Positions 7,747 through 17,267 of a stretch of 64,000 nucleotides of DNA are shown here, one piece after another. Positions within the stretch are counted from its first letter, which is position 1; every line of letters starts with the position of its first letter. The DNA is taken from assembly GCA_037143135.1 (NCBI GenBank), contig JBAWZH010000002.1:2696-66695 (forward strand). Reading direction: 5' to 3'. The translations under genes were made by a program, and so were the position numbers. The stretch is from a bacterium. Its GTDB lineage: Bacteria; Verrucomicrobiota; Kiritimatiellia; CAIKKV01; CAITUY01. The notes below the pieces were generated by a model. That model did no database searches. It saw only the letters and a list, made by a program, of their open reading frames with translations, and was not told the origin of the DNA.

Positions 7747-8625
7747 ATGAGCGCCCTTCATCAAGAACCCGGCACCCCGGTAATCCCGTCAGGCATTACC
7801 GAACTGGGGTTATTGGCGGGGAAAGGCGATTACCCCCTTCAACTCGCGAAATCGGCCCGCGCCCAGGGTGTCCGAAAAATCTTCGCCATCGCCTTTCGGC
7901 ATGAAACGGATCGCTCCATTGCCACGGTTGCCGATGAGGTTCAGTGGCTCTATCTCGGCCAGTTTGGCGCCGTGCGCGACGCCCTCCGATCCCGGGGGAT
8001 CACCGTCGCGGTGATGGCCGGGCAGATCACACCCACGCATCTGTTCAGTCTGCGATTCGACCGGTTCACACTGGATGTCCTCGCCCGCCTGAAGCGGCGC
8101 AACGCCCACACCATCTACGGTGCGGCCTGTGATGAATTGAAGGCGGCAGGGATCGAACTTCTCCCGGCCAGTCTGTTCATGGAGCAGGCCATGCCCGCCG
8201 CCGGCTTGATAGGAGGGCGCCCCCCCACGGAGTCTGAAATGGCCGACATCCGGTTCGGGCTGAATGTCGCCAAGATCACCAGTGGAATTGAGATGGGGCA
8301 GACGGTGGTCATCAAGGACGGCACCATTCTGGCGGTCGAGGCCTTTGAGGGAACGGATGAAACCATTCTCCGGGCGGGCCGCCTTGGCAAAGGCGGGGCG
8401 GTGGTGGTGAAGGTGGCCAAGAAGGGGCATGACATGCGTTTCGACATCCCGATTGTCGGCATGCGCACGATGAAGGCCTTGAGGAAGAGCAAGACCGGGG
8501 TTCTGGCGGTTGAAGCAAAGCGCACCATTCTTCTGGAGCGGGAAAAATTGATTGCCGAAGCCAATCGGCTGGGTATTAGTTTGATAGCCATGAATACCGA
8601 GGATTCCGGGTCGGGCGCCACATGA
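7747..8625 (+). CDS. lpxI: UDP-2,3-diacylglucosamine pyrophosphatase LpxI (DUF1009)
   Basis: 292 aa. LGLLAGKGDYPL and GQTVVIKDGTILAVEAFEGTDETILRAG are typical of LpxI. It lies immediately upstream of, and overlaps, lpxB. Confidence 0.85.
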   Translation: MSALHQEPGTPVIPSGITELGLLAGKGDYPLQLAKSARAQGVRKIFAIAFRHETDRSIATVADEVQWLYLGQFGAVRDALRSRGITVAVMAGQITPTHLFSLRFDRFTLDVLARLKRRNAHTIYGAACDELKAAGIELLPASLFMEQAMPAAGLIGGRPPTESEMADIRFGLNVAKITSGIEMGQTVVIKDGTILAVEAFEGTDETILRAGRLGKGGAVVVKVAKKGHDMRFDIPIVGMRTMKALRKSKTGVLAVEAKRTILLEREKLIAEANRLGISLIAMNTEDSGSGAT

Positions 8626-9779
8626 ACCGACCCCGCGAAATCCTCGTCATAGCCGGTGAAATTTCCGGGGATATGCACGCCGCCGGACTGATCCGGGCGA
8701 TCAAGAAGGCCGATCCCTCGATCCGGTTTTACGGCATCGGCGGCCCGCGATTGCGCGCGGAGGGGGTTGAGACCTACTATGATGTCCGGGACATGGCCGT
8801 CATGGGAATCGTTGAGGTTTTGAAGCGGATTCTTTTTTTTCGGCGGGTCTTCCGCAAGATGGAAGTCGTGGCGAGGGAGCGCAAGCCAGACGCGGTGCTT
8901 CTGGTGGATTATCCTGGATTCAATCTCCGGTTTGCCGCCAGTGCTCATCGGATGGGAATCAGGGTCATCTATTACATCTGTCCCCAGGTCTGGGCCTGGA
9001 ACCGGGGCCGCATTCCGAAAATGGCGGCGGTGGTGGATCGCCTGATGGCTATTTTCCCGTTTGAAAAGGAGGTCTTTACGGGCACCGGACTGGCGGTTGA
9101 CTTTGTGGGACATCCGCTGGTTTCGGAGATTCAGGACGTGATGAAAGGCCCCCTGACGCCCTTGCCGTGGGAGGGGGATCCGAAGATCGGGTTATTGCCG
9201 GGCAGTCGGCATCATGAAATCGACCGAATGTTGCCAACCTTCTGCGCGGCGGCGGTTTTGATTGAGAAGACGTTTCCCGGAGCCTCGTTTATCATTCCGA
9301 CCCCCTCCCCCGAGATTGGGGAGTATGTGAAGCGGCGGCTTGCCGGACTGTTGGCGCGGCCCAAACGTCTGCACGTTGTGCCCGGGGACGCCCGCCAGGT
9401 CTTCCGGCAAAGTCGTGGCGCGATTGTCAAATCCGGAACCGCCACGATGGAATCCGCATTGATAGGATGTCCCACGGTGATTGTCTACAAGGTTGCGTCC
9501 CTGACCTATCAGTTTGCGCGCCGGGTGGTAAAGATCCCCTTTATTGGCATCGTCAACATTATTGCCAACCGGAAGATCTGTCCCGAGTTGATCCAGGATG
9601 AGGCCACGGCGGAGGCGCTTGCAGCGGCCCTGACCCCCCTTCTCCCGGATACGGCGGAGCGTCGGGCCATGCTGGCGGGTTTTGAAGAGGTTCGGGGGCT
9701 TCTTGGGGGCGGGGGGGCAGCAGAGCAGGCCGCGACCGTGGTTCTTGAGGAACTCAACAAAGCAAAAAAAATGCCTTGA
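8622..9779 (+). CDS. lpxB: Lipid-A-disaccharide synthase
   Basis: 385 aa. ILVIAGEISGDMHAAGLIRAIK, DYPGFNLR and GTATME are canonical LpxB motifs. Confidence 0.9.
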   Translation: MNRPREILVIAGEISGDMHAAGLIRAIKKADPSIRFYGIGGPRLRAEGVETYYDVRDMAVMGIVEVLKRILFFRRVFRKMEVVARERKPDAVLLVDYPGFNLRFAASAHRMGIRVIYYICPQVWAWNRGRIPKMAAVVDRLMAIFPFEKEVFTGTGLAVDFVGHPLVSEIQDVMKGPLTPLPWEGDPKIGLLPGSRHHEIDRMLPTFCAAAVLIEKTFPGASFIIPTPSPEIGEYVKRRLAGLLARPKRLHVVPGDARQVFRQSRGAIVKSGTATMESALIGCPTVIVYKVASLTYQFARRVVKIPFIGIVNIIANRKICPELIQDEATAEALAAALTPLLPDTAERRAMLAGFEEVRGLLGGGGAAEQAATVVLEELNKAKKMP

Positions 9780-9813
9780 AAGAGTCGGGCTGGAACCGAT
9801 ACAGTACACACCT

Positions 9814-10557
9814 ATGAAAACAACCGTATGCCTAGTGTCGTTATTTTCGACTGTTGCTATATGCACGTCCGCGTTTGCATCAGGAGCGGATAGTTCCGCT
9901 TTCCAAGGGGCGCTGTTCAACGGCGATTCCACCCAATTTTTTGACACCCTCCACAGCGGGGGACCGCGACTCATCAGTGTGGGAGCGGGGATCGAGCAAC
10001 AAAAGAGAACCTTGAAAACGGATGGGGGATTCAAGGAAGACCTGAAAATCAACTCCCTCACCGGCCTGCTCGGAATTGATCTGACCAAATGGTTGACGAT
10101 TTACGGGGGTGCAGGGGAGGCGGACATCAGCACGGGGCATTCGAGTAAAAGTTCCAATTTCGAATGGACGGCGGGCGGCACCATCCGGGCCCTTGACTAC
10201 ATGGTACTGGAACCCTGGAATGACATTGACCAGTACTGGGTGGGTCTCGATTTGAACTCCTACTACCGCAATACCAGCGTTGATGATGGCTGGAAGACTC
10301 AGGACATCTCAGAGGTGTTCGGATCCCTGACCCTGAGTTTCTATTCACATCCCGAGAAATTCGGCCTGTGGGATCGTCTTGGTTTTTACGTGGGCCCCGC
10401 TGTCTCGATGCTATCCAAGGGCGACGCCCATGAAGACCAGATGTTCGGGTTTGTCGGGGGTGTTCAGTTGAACCCCAGTCCCAACATGGCCCTCCGGCTG
10501 GGATTCTTGAAGTTTGATAATGTTGGCATGGGAGCCAACATTCTCTTTCACTTCTAA
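9814..10557 (+). CDS. Putative outer-membrane beta-barrel protein
   Basis: The ATG at 9814 gives the signal peptide MKTTVCLVSLFSTVAICTSAFA. The body has alternating aromatic/Gly-rich segments and a C-terminal ...NILFHF (terminal Phe beta-signal). The track start at 9682 overlaps lpxB and is unlikely. Confidence 0.55.
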   Translation: MKTTVCLVSLFSTVAICTSAFASGADSSAFQGALFNGDSTQFFDTLHSGGPRLISVGAGIEQQKRTLKTDGGFKEDLKINSLTGLLGIDLTKWLTIYGGAGEADISTGHSSKSSNFEWTAGGTIRALDYMVLEPWNDIDQYWVGLDLNSYYRNTSVDDGWKTQDISEVFGSLTLSFYSHPEKFGLWDRLGFYVGPAVSMLSKGDAHEDQMFGFVGGVQLNPSPNMALRLGFLKFDNVGMGANILFHF

Positions 10558-10633
10558 CCGGATCATCCCTGCCGTTGTATCTGCACGGTTTGACTGTATC
10601 ATTATTTACGCATTAAAGGAGGCGTGACGGCTC

Positions 10634-11476
10634 ATGGGTTGGTTCACCAAATCGAAAGAGACAACCGCCAATTCGGAATCCCCCAAAAAAGAGGATATCT
10701 GGATCCAGTGTCCCTCATGCAAGGCCCACATTTACAAGGAAGAGTGGGAAAAAAATCTCAAGGTCTGCGACCGGTGCCATTTTCATGAGCGCCTGACATG
10801 GAAAGAACGTGTCGACATGCTTCTGGACGGGGGAAGTTTCGTGGAGTTATGTCCCAAAGTGTCTTGGAATGACCCCTTGAAGTTCTCGGATGCAAAGGGG
10901 CCCTATGCGGAAAAGGCCGCTGAAACCTGTGAAAAAACGGGGATGAAGGAATCGGTTGCCACCGGAACGGGGAAAATCAACGGGATTAAGGTTGCGATGG
11001 CCATTATGGACTTCCGGTTTCTGGGGGGAAGTCTTGCCAGCGGGACCGGGGAAAAGATTCTTCAGGCGGCGATGGTGGCGGTGAAGCACAAATTGCCGTA
11101 CATCATTATTTCGGCCTCGGGGGGCGCCCGTATGCACGAGGGGATCGTGTCCCTGATGCAGATGCCCAAGACCTGTGCCGCGCTGGCCCAGTTAAAGGAG
11201 GCGAATCTGCCCTACATTTCCATCATGACCGATCCCACGACGGGCGGGGTGTCGGCCAGTTTTGCGATGGTGGGCGACATCCACATCGCCGAGCCGCGTT
11301 CGCTGATCGGATTTGCCGGTCGGCGCGTGATCGAGGAGACCATCAAGCAAAAACTGCCGGATGACTTCCAGACCGCTGAATATCTTATGGATCATGGGTT
11401 TGTGGACATGATCGTGCACCGCAAGGACATGAAGGAAATGCTCTTCAAATTATTGAAGTATGCCGGTTGTAAGTGA
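10634..11476 (+). CDS. accD: Acetyl-CoA carboxylase carboxyltransferase beta subunit
   Basis: N-terminal zinc ribbon CPSCKAHIYK...CDRCHFHERL, then the carboxyltransferase domain. AGGAGG lies 12 nt upstream. Confidence 0.95.
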   Translation: MGWFTKSKETTANSESPKKEDIWIQCPSCKAHIYKEEWEKNLKVCDRCHFHERLTWKERVDMLLDGGSFVELCPKVSWNDPLKFSDAKGPYAEKAAETCEKTGMKESVATGTGKINGIKVAMAIMDFRFLGGSLASGTGEKILQAAMVAVKHKLPYIIISASGGARMHEGIVSLMQMPKTCAALAQLKEANLPYISIMTDPTTGGVSASFAMVGDIHIAEPRSLIGFAGRRVIEETIKQKLPDDFQTAEYLMDHGFVDMIVHRKDMKEMLFKLLKYAGCK

Positions 11477-11530
11477 CCGCCTCGAGATTACCGTGAGCCG
11501 GAATTCCAACCCCAAACGCATGGAGCAACG

Positions 11531-12472
11531 ATGAGTCTGGATTTTGAAAAAGACGTGGCCGATATCGAGACCAAGATCGAGGCATTCAAGGCGAAGAACC
11601 CTGAAGCAACCGGTGAACTGGTCAAGACACTCAACGGGCTTGAACTCGAACGCGCCGAGAAACTGAAGGAACTCTATGCCACGCTGACCCCCTGGCAGAC
11701 GGTTCAGGTGGCGCGCCATCCGGAACGCCCCCTCATCCGGGATTTTATCAAGGGACTTTGTTCGGAATTCATTGAACTTCACGGGGATCGGCTATTTGGG
11801 GACGACCACGGCATGATCGGCGGTTTTGCCACGATTGACGACCGGCGCGTCATGGTGATCGGCCACCAGAAGGGAAAAGAGCTGGACGAGAAGATCAAAT
11901 GCAATTTCGGTCAGGCCTGTCCGGAAGGGTACCGCAAGGCGCTCCGGCTGATGAAACTGGCGGAAAAGTATCATATTCCGGTGGTGACATTTATTGACAC
12001 GCCGGGCGCGTTTCCCGGGCGTGACGCCGAGGAGCGCGGCCAGGCGGAGGCCATTGCCCGCAATCTGCTCGAAATGTCGGCCCTGAAAACCCCTGTCGTG
12101 GCCGTGGTCACAGGCGAGGGCGGGAGTGGCGGCGCGATCGGGATCGGCGTAGGCGATGTGGTTCTGATGCTCTCCAACGCGGTATATTCGGTCATTTCGC
12201 CCGAGGGGTGCGCCTCGATTCTGTGGCGCGACGGAACCAAGGCCAATGAAGCAGCCAATGCCCTCAAAATCACAGCCAAGTCCCTGCTTCAACTGAAGAT
12301 CATCGATGAAATCATTCCCGAGCCTGTTGGCGGCGCCCATCGCAACTACGAGGCGACCATGAAGACATCGAAGAAGGTGATTCTCAAGCATCTCGACGCC
12401 CTGGCCAAGGTTTCACCAAAGAAACTGACCGCGCGGCGGTTCGAGAAATACGCCGCCATGGGGCGTTTTTAG
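11531..12472 (+). CDS. accA: Acetyl-CoA carboxylase carboxyltransferase alpha subunit
   Basis: 313 aa. Contains VARHPERP, GDR.FGDD, FIDTPGAFPG and AEERGQAEAIARNL. Confidence 0.95.
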   Translation: MSLDFEKDVADIETKIEAFKAKNPEATGELVKTLNGLELERAEKLKELYATLTPWQTVQVARHPERPLIRDFIKGLCSEFIELHGDRLFGDDHGMIGGFATIDDRRVMVIGHQKGKELDEKIKCNFGQACPEGYRKALRLMKLAEKYHIPVVTFIDTPGAFPGRDAEERGQAEAIARNLLEMSALKTPVVAVVTGEGGSGGAIGIGVGDVVLMLSNAVYSVISPEGCASILWRDGTKANEAANALKITAKSLLQLKIIDEIIPEPVGGAHRNYEATMKTSKKVILKHLDALAKVSPKKLTARRFEKYAAMGRF

Positions 12473-12493
12473 TTCATTTAGAAAGGACAGGTT

Positions 12494-14461
12494 ATGGCTA
12501 AAAAAACATCAACGAAGACACAGGATATTGTTCGCGACAGCGTCAACCACATTCCCCTGCGTATAACGGACACCACGCTTCGAGATGCCCACCAGTCGCT
12601 CTGGGCCACACGCATGCGAACGGCGGACATCATGCAGATCATTGATGTTGTGGACAGCGTCGGATACTACTCCCTCGAAGTCTGGGGTGGCGCCACGTTT
12701 GATGTGTGTTTACGTTTTCTGCGGGAAGATCCATGGGAGCGGCTGCGCCAGATCAAGTCACGCGCCAAGAAGACGCCCCTCCAGATGCTTCTGCGCGGCC
12801 AGAACATCCTGGGTTACAAGAATTATCCCGATGATGTGGTGGATCGCTTTATCGCGCTGGCCACTGAAAACGGCATTGATATCTTCCGCATTTTCGACGC
12901 GCTGAACGACACCCGCAATTTGGAACAGGCCATCAAATGCGTGAAGAAATACGGCGGCCACGCCCAGGGCACGATCAGTTACACGGTCAGTCCGGTTCAC
13001 ACGGTAGACGAATATGTCCGGGTGGCCAAGGAACAGATCGCCATGGGCATCGATTCGCTGTGCATCAAGGACATGGCCGGAATCCTCAGTCCGATCGCGG
13101 CGGAGCGGCTCGTTTCGGCCCTCGTTCGCGAGACCAAGATTCCGATCCAGGTTCACTCCCATGCGACCAGCGGCATGGCCTCCTCAACCTACGTGGAAGC
13201 GGTTCGCGCCGGCGCCGGCGCCATTGACTGCGCCATTTCGCCGATGGCCGGGTTCTCGTCCCAACCTCCCGTGGAGACCATGCTCGCGATCTTTGCCGAA
13301 ACGCATTACAACGCCAATTTGGATCAGGACGCGCTCCGCCAAGTCTGCAAATTCTTCCTCGATTTGTCGCCCCAGCGGCAACTGAACGCGCATCAGGCGG
13401 ATAATATTATCGATCCCGAAGTTCTGCTGCATCACATCCCGGGCGGTATGATCTCCAATCTCCGCGGCCAGTTGGCTCAGCAGGGGGCGTTGGACAAGAT
13501 TGACGAAGTCTTCGAGGAACTACCGCGTGTCCGTGCCGATCTGGGGTACCCTCCCCTGGTCACGCCGACCAGCCAGATCATCGGCATTCAGGCCGTGATG
13601 AACGTTATTTCCGGCGAGCGGTATTCACTGGTCTCCCAGGAGGTGAAGGATTACGCAAAGGGCCTGTATGGACGTTCCCCCGCCCCCATGGATAAGGCCG
13701 TCATCAAGAAGATCCTGGGCGATGAGAAACCGATTTCCGGACGTCCTGCGGATCTGCTCAAGCCGATGCTTCCGGATGCCACAGCAGGGGTGGATCCAAA
13801 ATTGATCAAGAAGGAGGAGGACATCATCTCCTATTGCCTGTTCCCGGAAGTGGCGCTGGATTATTTCAAGTGGCGCGCCCTGGCGCCCGAACAGCGTCCT
13901 CCTATTCCGGCGGATGTGGAACTGAAGAAGCAGTCAGACGGCGCCAAACCGAAGGAAGCCACACCGAAGGCGGCGATTCCATTCCTGGCGCAGACTGACT
14001 ATGACTCCATCAGTCAGTTGATTGATAAAGTGAGCACTCTGAATTTCTCACAGATCACCATCCAGCACGCGGGTAGTACGATCAGTATCAATGCAGCCGG
14101 TGTTACGCCCGGGCCTTTGCCTTCCGCTCCCGTGGCGGCTGCAGTCTCGGCATCAGCCTCAGCCCCGGCACAACCCGCAACTGCCGTCAAGGCGGTTGCG
14201 CCGGTTGCCGCAGTGCCAGCCGGACCGAGCATCAATGCCCCGCTGAACGGCACGTTCTACCGGTCACCGGGTCCCGGAAAACCGGAGTTCGCCAAGGAAG
14301 GCGACGTCGTGGAAGCGGGCGCGACCGTGTGCATCGTCGAGGCCATGAAACTCTTCAACCCGATCAAGGCGCCCTATAAGTGCAAGATCGTGAAGATGCT
14401 CGTTGAACACGGTAAACCGATCAAGAAGGACGAGCCGATGGTCAGCATTCAAAAGCTGTAA
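12494..14461 (+). CDS. Biotin-dependent carboxyltransferase (oxaloacetate decarboxylase alpha / pyruvate carboxylase B-type 5S domain) fused to a C-terminal biotinyl carrier domain
   Basis: 655 aa. ITDTTLRDAHQSLWATRMRT is a 5S/HMGL-like TIM-barrel N-terminus. An Ala/Pro-rich linker (PLPSAPVAAAVSASASAPAQPATAV...) follows, then the biotinyl motif VEAMKL. Confidence 0.85.
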   Translation: MAKKTSTKTQDIVRDSVNHIPLRITDTTLRDAHQSLWATRMRTADIMQIIDVVDSVGYYSLEVWGGATFDVCLRFLREDPWERLRQIKSRAKKTPLQMLLRGQNILGYKNYPDDVVDRFIALATENGIDIFRIFDALNDTRNLEQAIKCVKKYGGHAQGTISYTVSPVHTVDEYVRVAKEQIAMGIDSLCIKDMAGILSPIAAERLVSALVRETKIPIQVHSHATSGMASSTYVEAVRAGAGAIDCAISPMAGFSSQPPVETMLAIFAETHYNANLDQDALRQVCKFFLDLSPQRQLNAHQADNIIDPEVLLHHIPGGMISNLRGQLAQQGALDKIDEVFEELPRVRADLGYPPLVTPTSQIIGIQAVMNVISGERYSLVSQEVKDYAKGLYGRSPAPMDKAVIKKILGDEKPISGRPADLLKPMLPDATAGVDPKLIKKEEDIISYCLFPEVALDYFKWRALAPEQRPPIPADVELKKQSDGAKPKEATPKAAIPFLAQTDYDSISQLIDKVSTLNFSQITIQHAGSTISINAAGVTPGPLPSAPVAAAVSASASAPAQPATAVKAVAPVAAVPAGPSINAPLNGTFYRSPGPGKPEFAKEGDVVEAGATVCIVEAMKLFNPIKAPYKCKIVKMLVEHGKPIKKDEPMVSIQKL

Positions 14462-14479
14462 TCGCGCCCCGATACTATT

Positions 14480-14932
14480 ATGAGTACCGGCCCTTTTGAA
14501 ATCGGCGCCGATGGCGTGGATGTCGAGCACATCATGGCTGAGATCCGCGAGACCGTCGCGCTCAAGATGCAATCCGGCGCCTATGTAGGGGCTCAACTGG
14601 CGCGGGCAGAGCGTTTCAACCTGGTGAACCTAAAGAAGGATGATAATTTTTTTGATTTCTACATGGAAAGCCTGCGTGAAGCGGTCTTCGTGGATATCAA
14701 CGACTTCGAAATCCGGGAAAGAAGGGCCTTGTTTGCCCCGCTGCTGATCCGCCTCAAAAAAGCCATATGGGGCCTGCTGAAGTTTTACACATACCGCATA
14801 TGGTCGCAACAGAATCAGGTGAACGGTCTTCTTCTTTCTGCAACCGAGGAAGTGGATCGCAAATATCGAGACAAGATCAAGACGCTGGAAGAGCGTATCG
14901 CCAAACTGGAGTCAAGGCTCCCCCCCGGCTGA
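14480..14932 (+). CDS. Hypothetical protein with C-terminal coiled-coil
   Basis: 150-aa ORF. Its stop TGA shares a base with the ATG of the downstream glycosyltransferase (TGATG). No family recognised. Confidence 0.45.
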   Translation: MSTGPFEIGADGVDVEHIMAEIRETVALKMQSGAYVGAQLARAERFNLVNLKKDDNFFDFYMESLREAVFVDINDFEIRERRALFAPLLIRLKKAIWGLLKFYTYRIWSQQNQVNGLLLSATEEVDRKYRDKIKTLEERIAKLESRLPPG

Positions 14933-16110
14933 TGGGTACCCCACCCCGCATAGCCTTCGTCTCCCCCCGTTTCTCCGAGGGCGCCACGGTCGGCGGCGCG
15001 GAAACCCTTTTACGCAAATTGGCCGAGCGGCTTGTGAGCGCAGGCTGGAAGGTGGATTACCTCACCACCTGCGCCCGCAACCATTTCACCTGGGAAAACG
15101 AAATTCCGGAGGGAACCCAAAACCAGGGCGGGATCACCGTCCATTATTTCCCCGTGGATTCCGGACGCGACCTGAATGCCTTTTACGACATTCAGAACCG
15201 GATCAGTCGTTCGGTGGAAGTCTCTCTTGAGGATGAACTCACCTGGCATCGCAACAATGTCAACAGTCAGGCCTTGTACCAGTTTCTGCGGGATCAAGGT
15301 CACCAGTATGACAAGATCATCACGGGCCCCTATTTGTTTGCGCTTGTCTATTTTGCGAGCCAGATCCACCCAACAAAGACGCTTTTGCTTCCCTGCCTCC
15401 ATGATGAATGCTTTGCCTACCTGAAAACCATCAAGAGCCTCTTTGCCTCTGTCTCCGGATGGATCTTCAACTCCGAACCTGAACGTGATCTTGCAGGGCG
15501 GCTCTACGGGCTTGATATGACCCGGGCCAATGTTGTCGGAATGGGAATTGAGGGTTTCTCGGTTGATCCGGACGCATTCAGGGCTAAACACCACCTGACA
15601 AGCCCCTACATCATCTATTCAGGTCGTCGTGAATCACTGAAGGGTACCCCGCTCCTGATGGATTATCTGGACGTCTTCCGGGAACGTACCGGGAATGATG
15701 TTAAATTGGTCATGACCGGGAGCGGATCGTTTGAGCCCCCCACGCGTCTGGCGCCCCACATACTTGACCTCGGTTATGTCACGGAGCAGGAAAAACACGA
15801 CGCCATGGCTGGCGCTGTGGCCTTTTGCCATCCCTCGGTGAATGAGAGTTTCAGCATCGTGCTGCTCGAATCATGGCTGGCCGGAACACCGGTCGTGGTG
15901 CATGCCTCGGGCGAGGTCATGCCATACCACTGCCGAAAATCCAATGGGGGGCTCTGGTTCCGGAATTATGGAGAATTTGAGGAAGCACTCTCGCTGCTTC
16001 TGGCCAAACCCAATCTGCGTCAAGCCATGGGCACTTCGGGTTGCCGCTATGTGCAACAAGAATACTCATGGGCGGCCGTGGAAGCCAGATTGCTGACAGC
16101 GCTACGTTAG
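14932..16110 (+). CDS. Glycosyltransferase, GT4 (group 1) family
   Basis: MGTPPRIAFVSPRFSEGATVGGAETL at the N-terminus and a C-terminal E-x7-E motif (NESFSIVLLESWLAGTPVV). Confidence 0.8.
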   Translation: MGTPPRIAFVSPRFSEGATVGGAETLLRKLAERLVSAGWKVDYLTTCARNHFTWENEIPEGTQNQGGITVHYFPVDSGRDLNAFYDIQNRISRSVEVSLEDELTWHRNNVNSQALYQFLRDQGHQYDKIITGPYLFALVYFASQIHPTKTLLLPCLHDECFAYLKTIKSLFASVSGWIFNSEPERDLAGRLYGLDMTRANVVGMGIEGFSVDPDAFRAKHHLTSPYIIYSGRRESLKGTPLLMDYLDVFRERTGNDVKLVMTGSGSFEPPTRLAPHILDLGYVTEQEKHDAMAGAVAFCHPSVNESFSIVLLESWLAGTPVVVHASGEVMPYHCRKSNGGLWFRNYGEFEEALSLLLAKPNLRQAMGTSGCRYVQQEYSWAAVEARLLTALR

Positions 16111-16146
16111 CCAGATGAAATGTTTCGATGTGACGCGAGAAAAACA

Positions 16147-17253
16147 ATGACAAAACCATCCACTCCCTATTACCTGATAGACGAAAGAAAACTTCTGAGA
16201 AACCTGAAAATCATTAAGAAGGTCAGGGATCTATCAGGCGCAAAATCAGTTCTCGCCCTGAAGTGTTTTTCGACCTGGTCTGTGTTTGGTCTGATGCGGA
16301 AGTTCATGGATGGAACAACGAGCAGTTCGCTCCCTGAAGCCAGACTGGGGCATGAGAAATTTGGCAAAGAAGTTCATGCCTATAGTGTCGGATTTTCCCG
16401 ACAGGAAGTTCGCGAGGTCAGTACCTTCGCCGACATGGTGATCTTCAACTCCGTCACCCAACTGAAACGATATGCCCGCGACACGCGCGGCCTGCAACTC
16501 GGCTTGCGGGTCAATCCCGGAGTCAGTCACTCCCATTTTGACCTGGCGGATCCGGCCCGGCGTTATTCGAGACTCGGCGTGACGAATCGGAATGACCTGA
16601 TGAAAGTGGCTCCCCTGCTAAGCGGAGTCATGTTCCATTTCAACTGCGAAAATGATGAGTTCAAAAGTTTTGCCTCGGCATTGGACCGTATTGGAGAAAC
16701 GTACGGATCCATACTGAAGCACATGAAGTGGGTCAGCCTGGGCGGCGGACTTTCATTCACGAAAGCCGGGTATCCCCTGCACCCATTTTGCCGGCGACTC
16801 AAGCAGTTCAGCGAGGACTACGGGATCCAGGTGTATCTGGAACCCGGAGAGGCTGCCATTACGGGATGCGCGGAACTTGTGACGACCGTGCTGGATGTGG
16901 TTCACAACGAACAGGACACGGCCGTGCTTGACGTCTCCATGGAGGCGCATATGCTCGATCACCTGATTTACCGGACCAGTCCGAAGGTTAACTCCCCCGG
17001 GCCGGGGCGTTATCCGGTCATCCTGGCCGGACGTTCCTGCCTGGCGGGTGATGTGTTCGGCCTGTACTCGTTTAATAAACGACTGACTCCGGGCACCGTT
17101 GTTCATCTGGCTGACGCCGCCGGATATACCATGGTCAAGAAAAACTGGTTTAATGGCTTGCCCATGCCGTCGATCTGCGTAAAAAGGCTCAACGGAAAGC
17201 TGGATATCGTCAGGCAATTTAGTTACAAGGATTATCTCGAAAGTCTTTCATAA
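16147..17253 (+). CDS. nspC: Carboxynorspermidine/carboxyspermidine decarboxylase
   Basis: TPYYLIDERKLLRNL...VLALKCFS..., PLP-dependent fold-III decarboxylase of NspC type, about 370 aa. It is adjacent to the carboxynorspermidine dehydrogenase gene. Confidence 0.85.
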   Translation: MTKPSTPYYLIDERKLLRNLKIIKKVRDLSGAKSVLALKCFSTWSVFGLMRKFMDGTTSSSLPEARLGHEKFGKEVHAYSVGFSRQEVREVSTFADMVIFNSVTQLKRYARDTRGLQLGLRVNPGVSHSHFDLADPARRYSRLGVTNRNDLMKVAPLLSGVMFHFNCENDEFKSFASALDRIGETYGSILKHMKWVSLGGGLSFTKAGYPLHPFCRRLKQFSEDYGIQVYLEPGEAAITGCAELVTTVLDVVHNEQDTAVLDVSMEAHMLDHLIYRTSPKVNSPGPGRYPVILAGRSCLAGDVFGLYSFNKRLTPGTVVHLADAAGYTMVKKNWFNGLPMPSICVKRLNGKLDIVRQFSYKDYLESLS

Positions 17254-17267
17254 GGAAGGGAACATTG

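Noticed and set aside
9705-9717. G-rich run GGGGGCGGGGGGG inside the 3' part of lpxB as a possible slipped-strand phase-variation tract.
   Set aside because: The run is interrupted, its longest homopolymer is only 7 nt, and it encodes an in-frame Gly stretch (LGGGGAAE) near the non-essential C-terminus. There is no evidence for variation from a single sequence.
9682-9813. Upstream extensions of track ORFs, for example 9682 for the OMP gene, 14767 for the GT4 gene, 26256 for GH13, 39218 for trxB, 45222 for gatB, 52437 for the radical SAM gene, and 60406 and 61443 for the GT4 genes.
   Set aside because: The extensions overlap the preceding gene, start at TTG or lack an RBS, and precede canonical family N-termini or signal peptides that begin at an internal ATG. 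The internal starts are reported instead.
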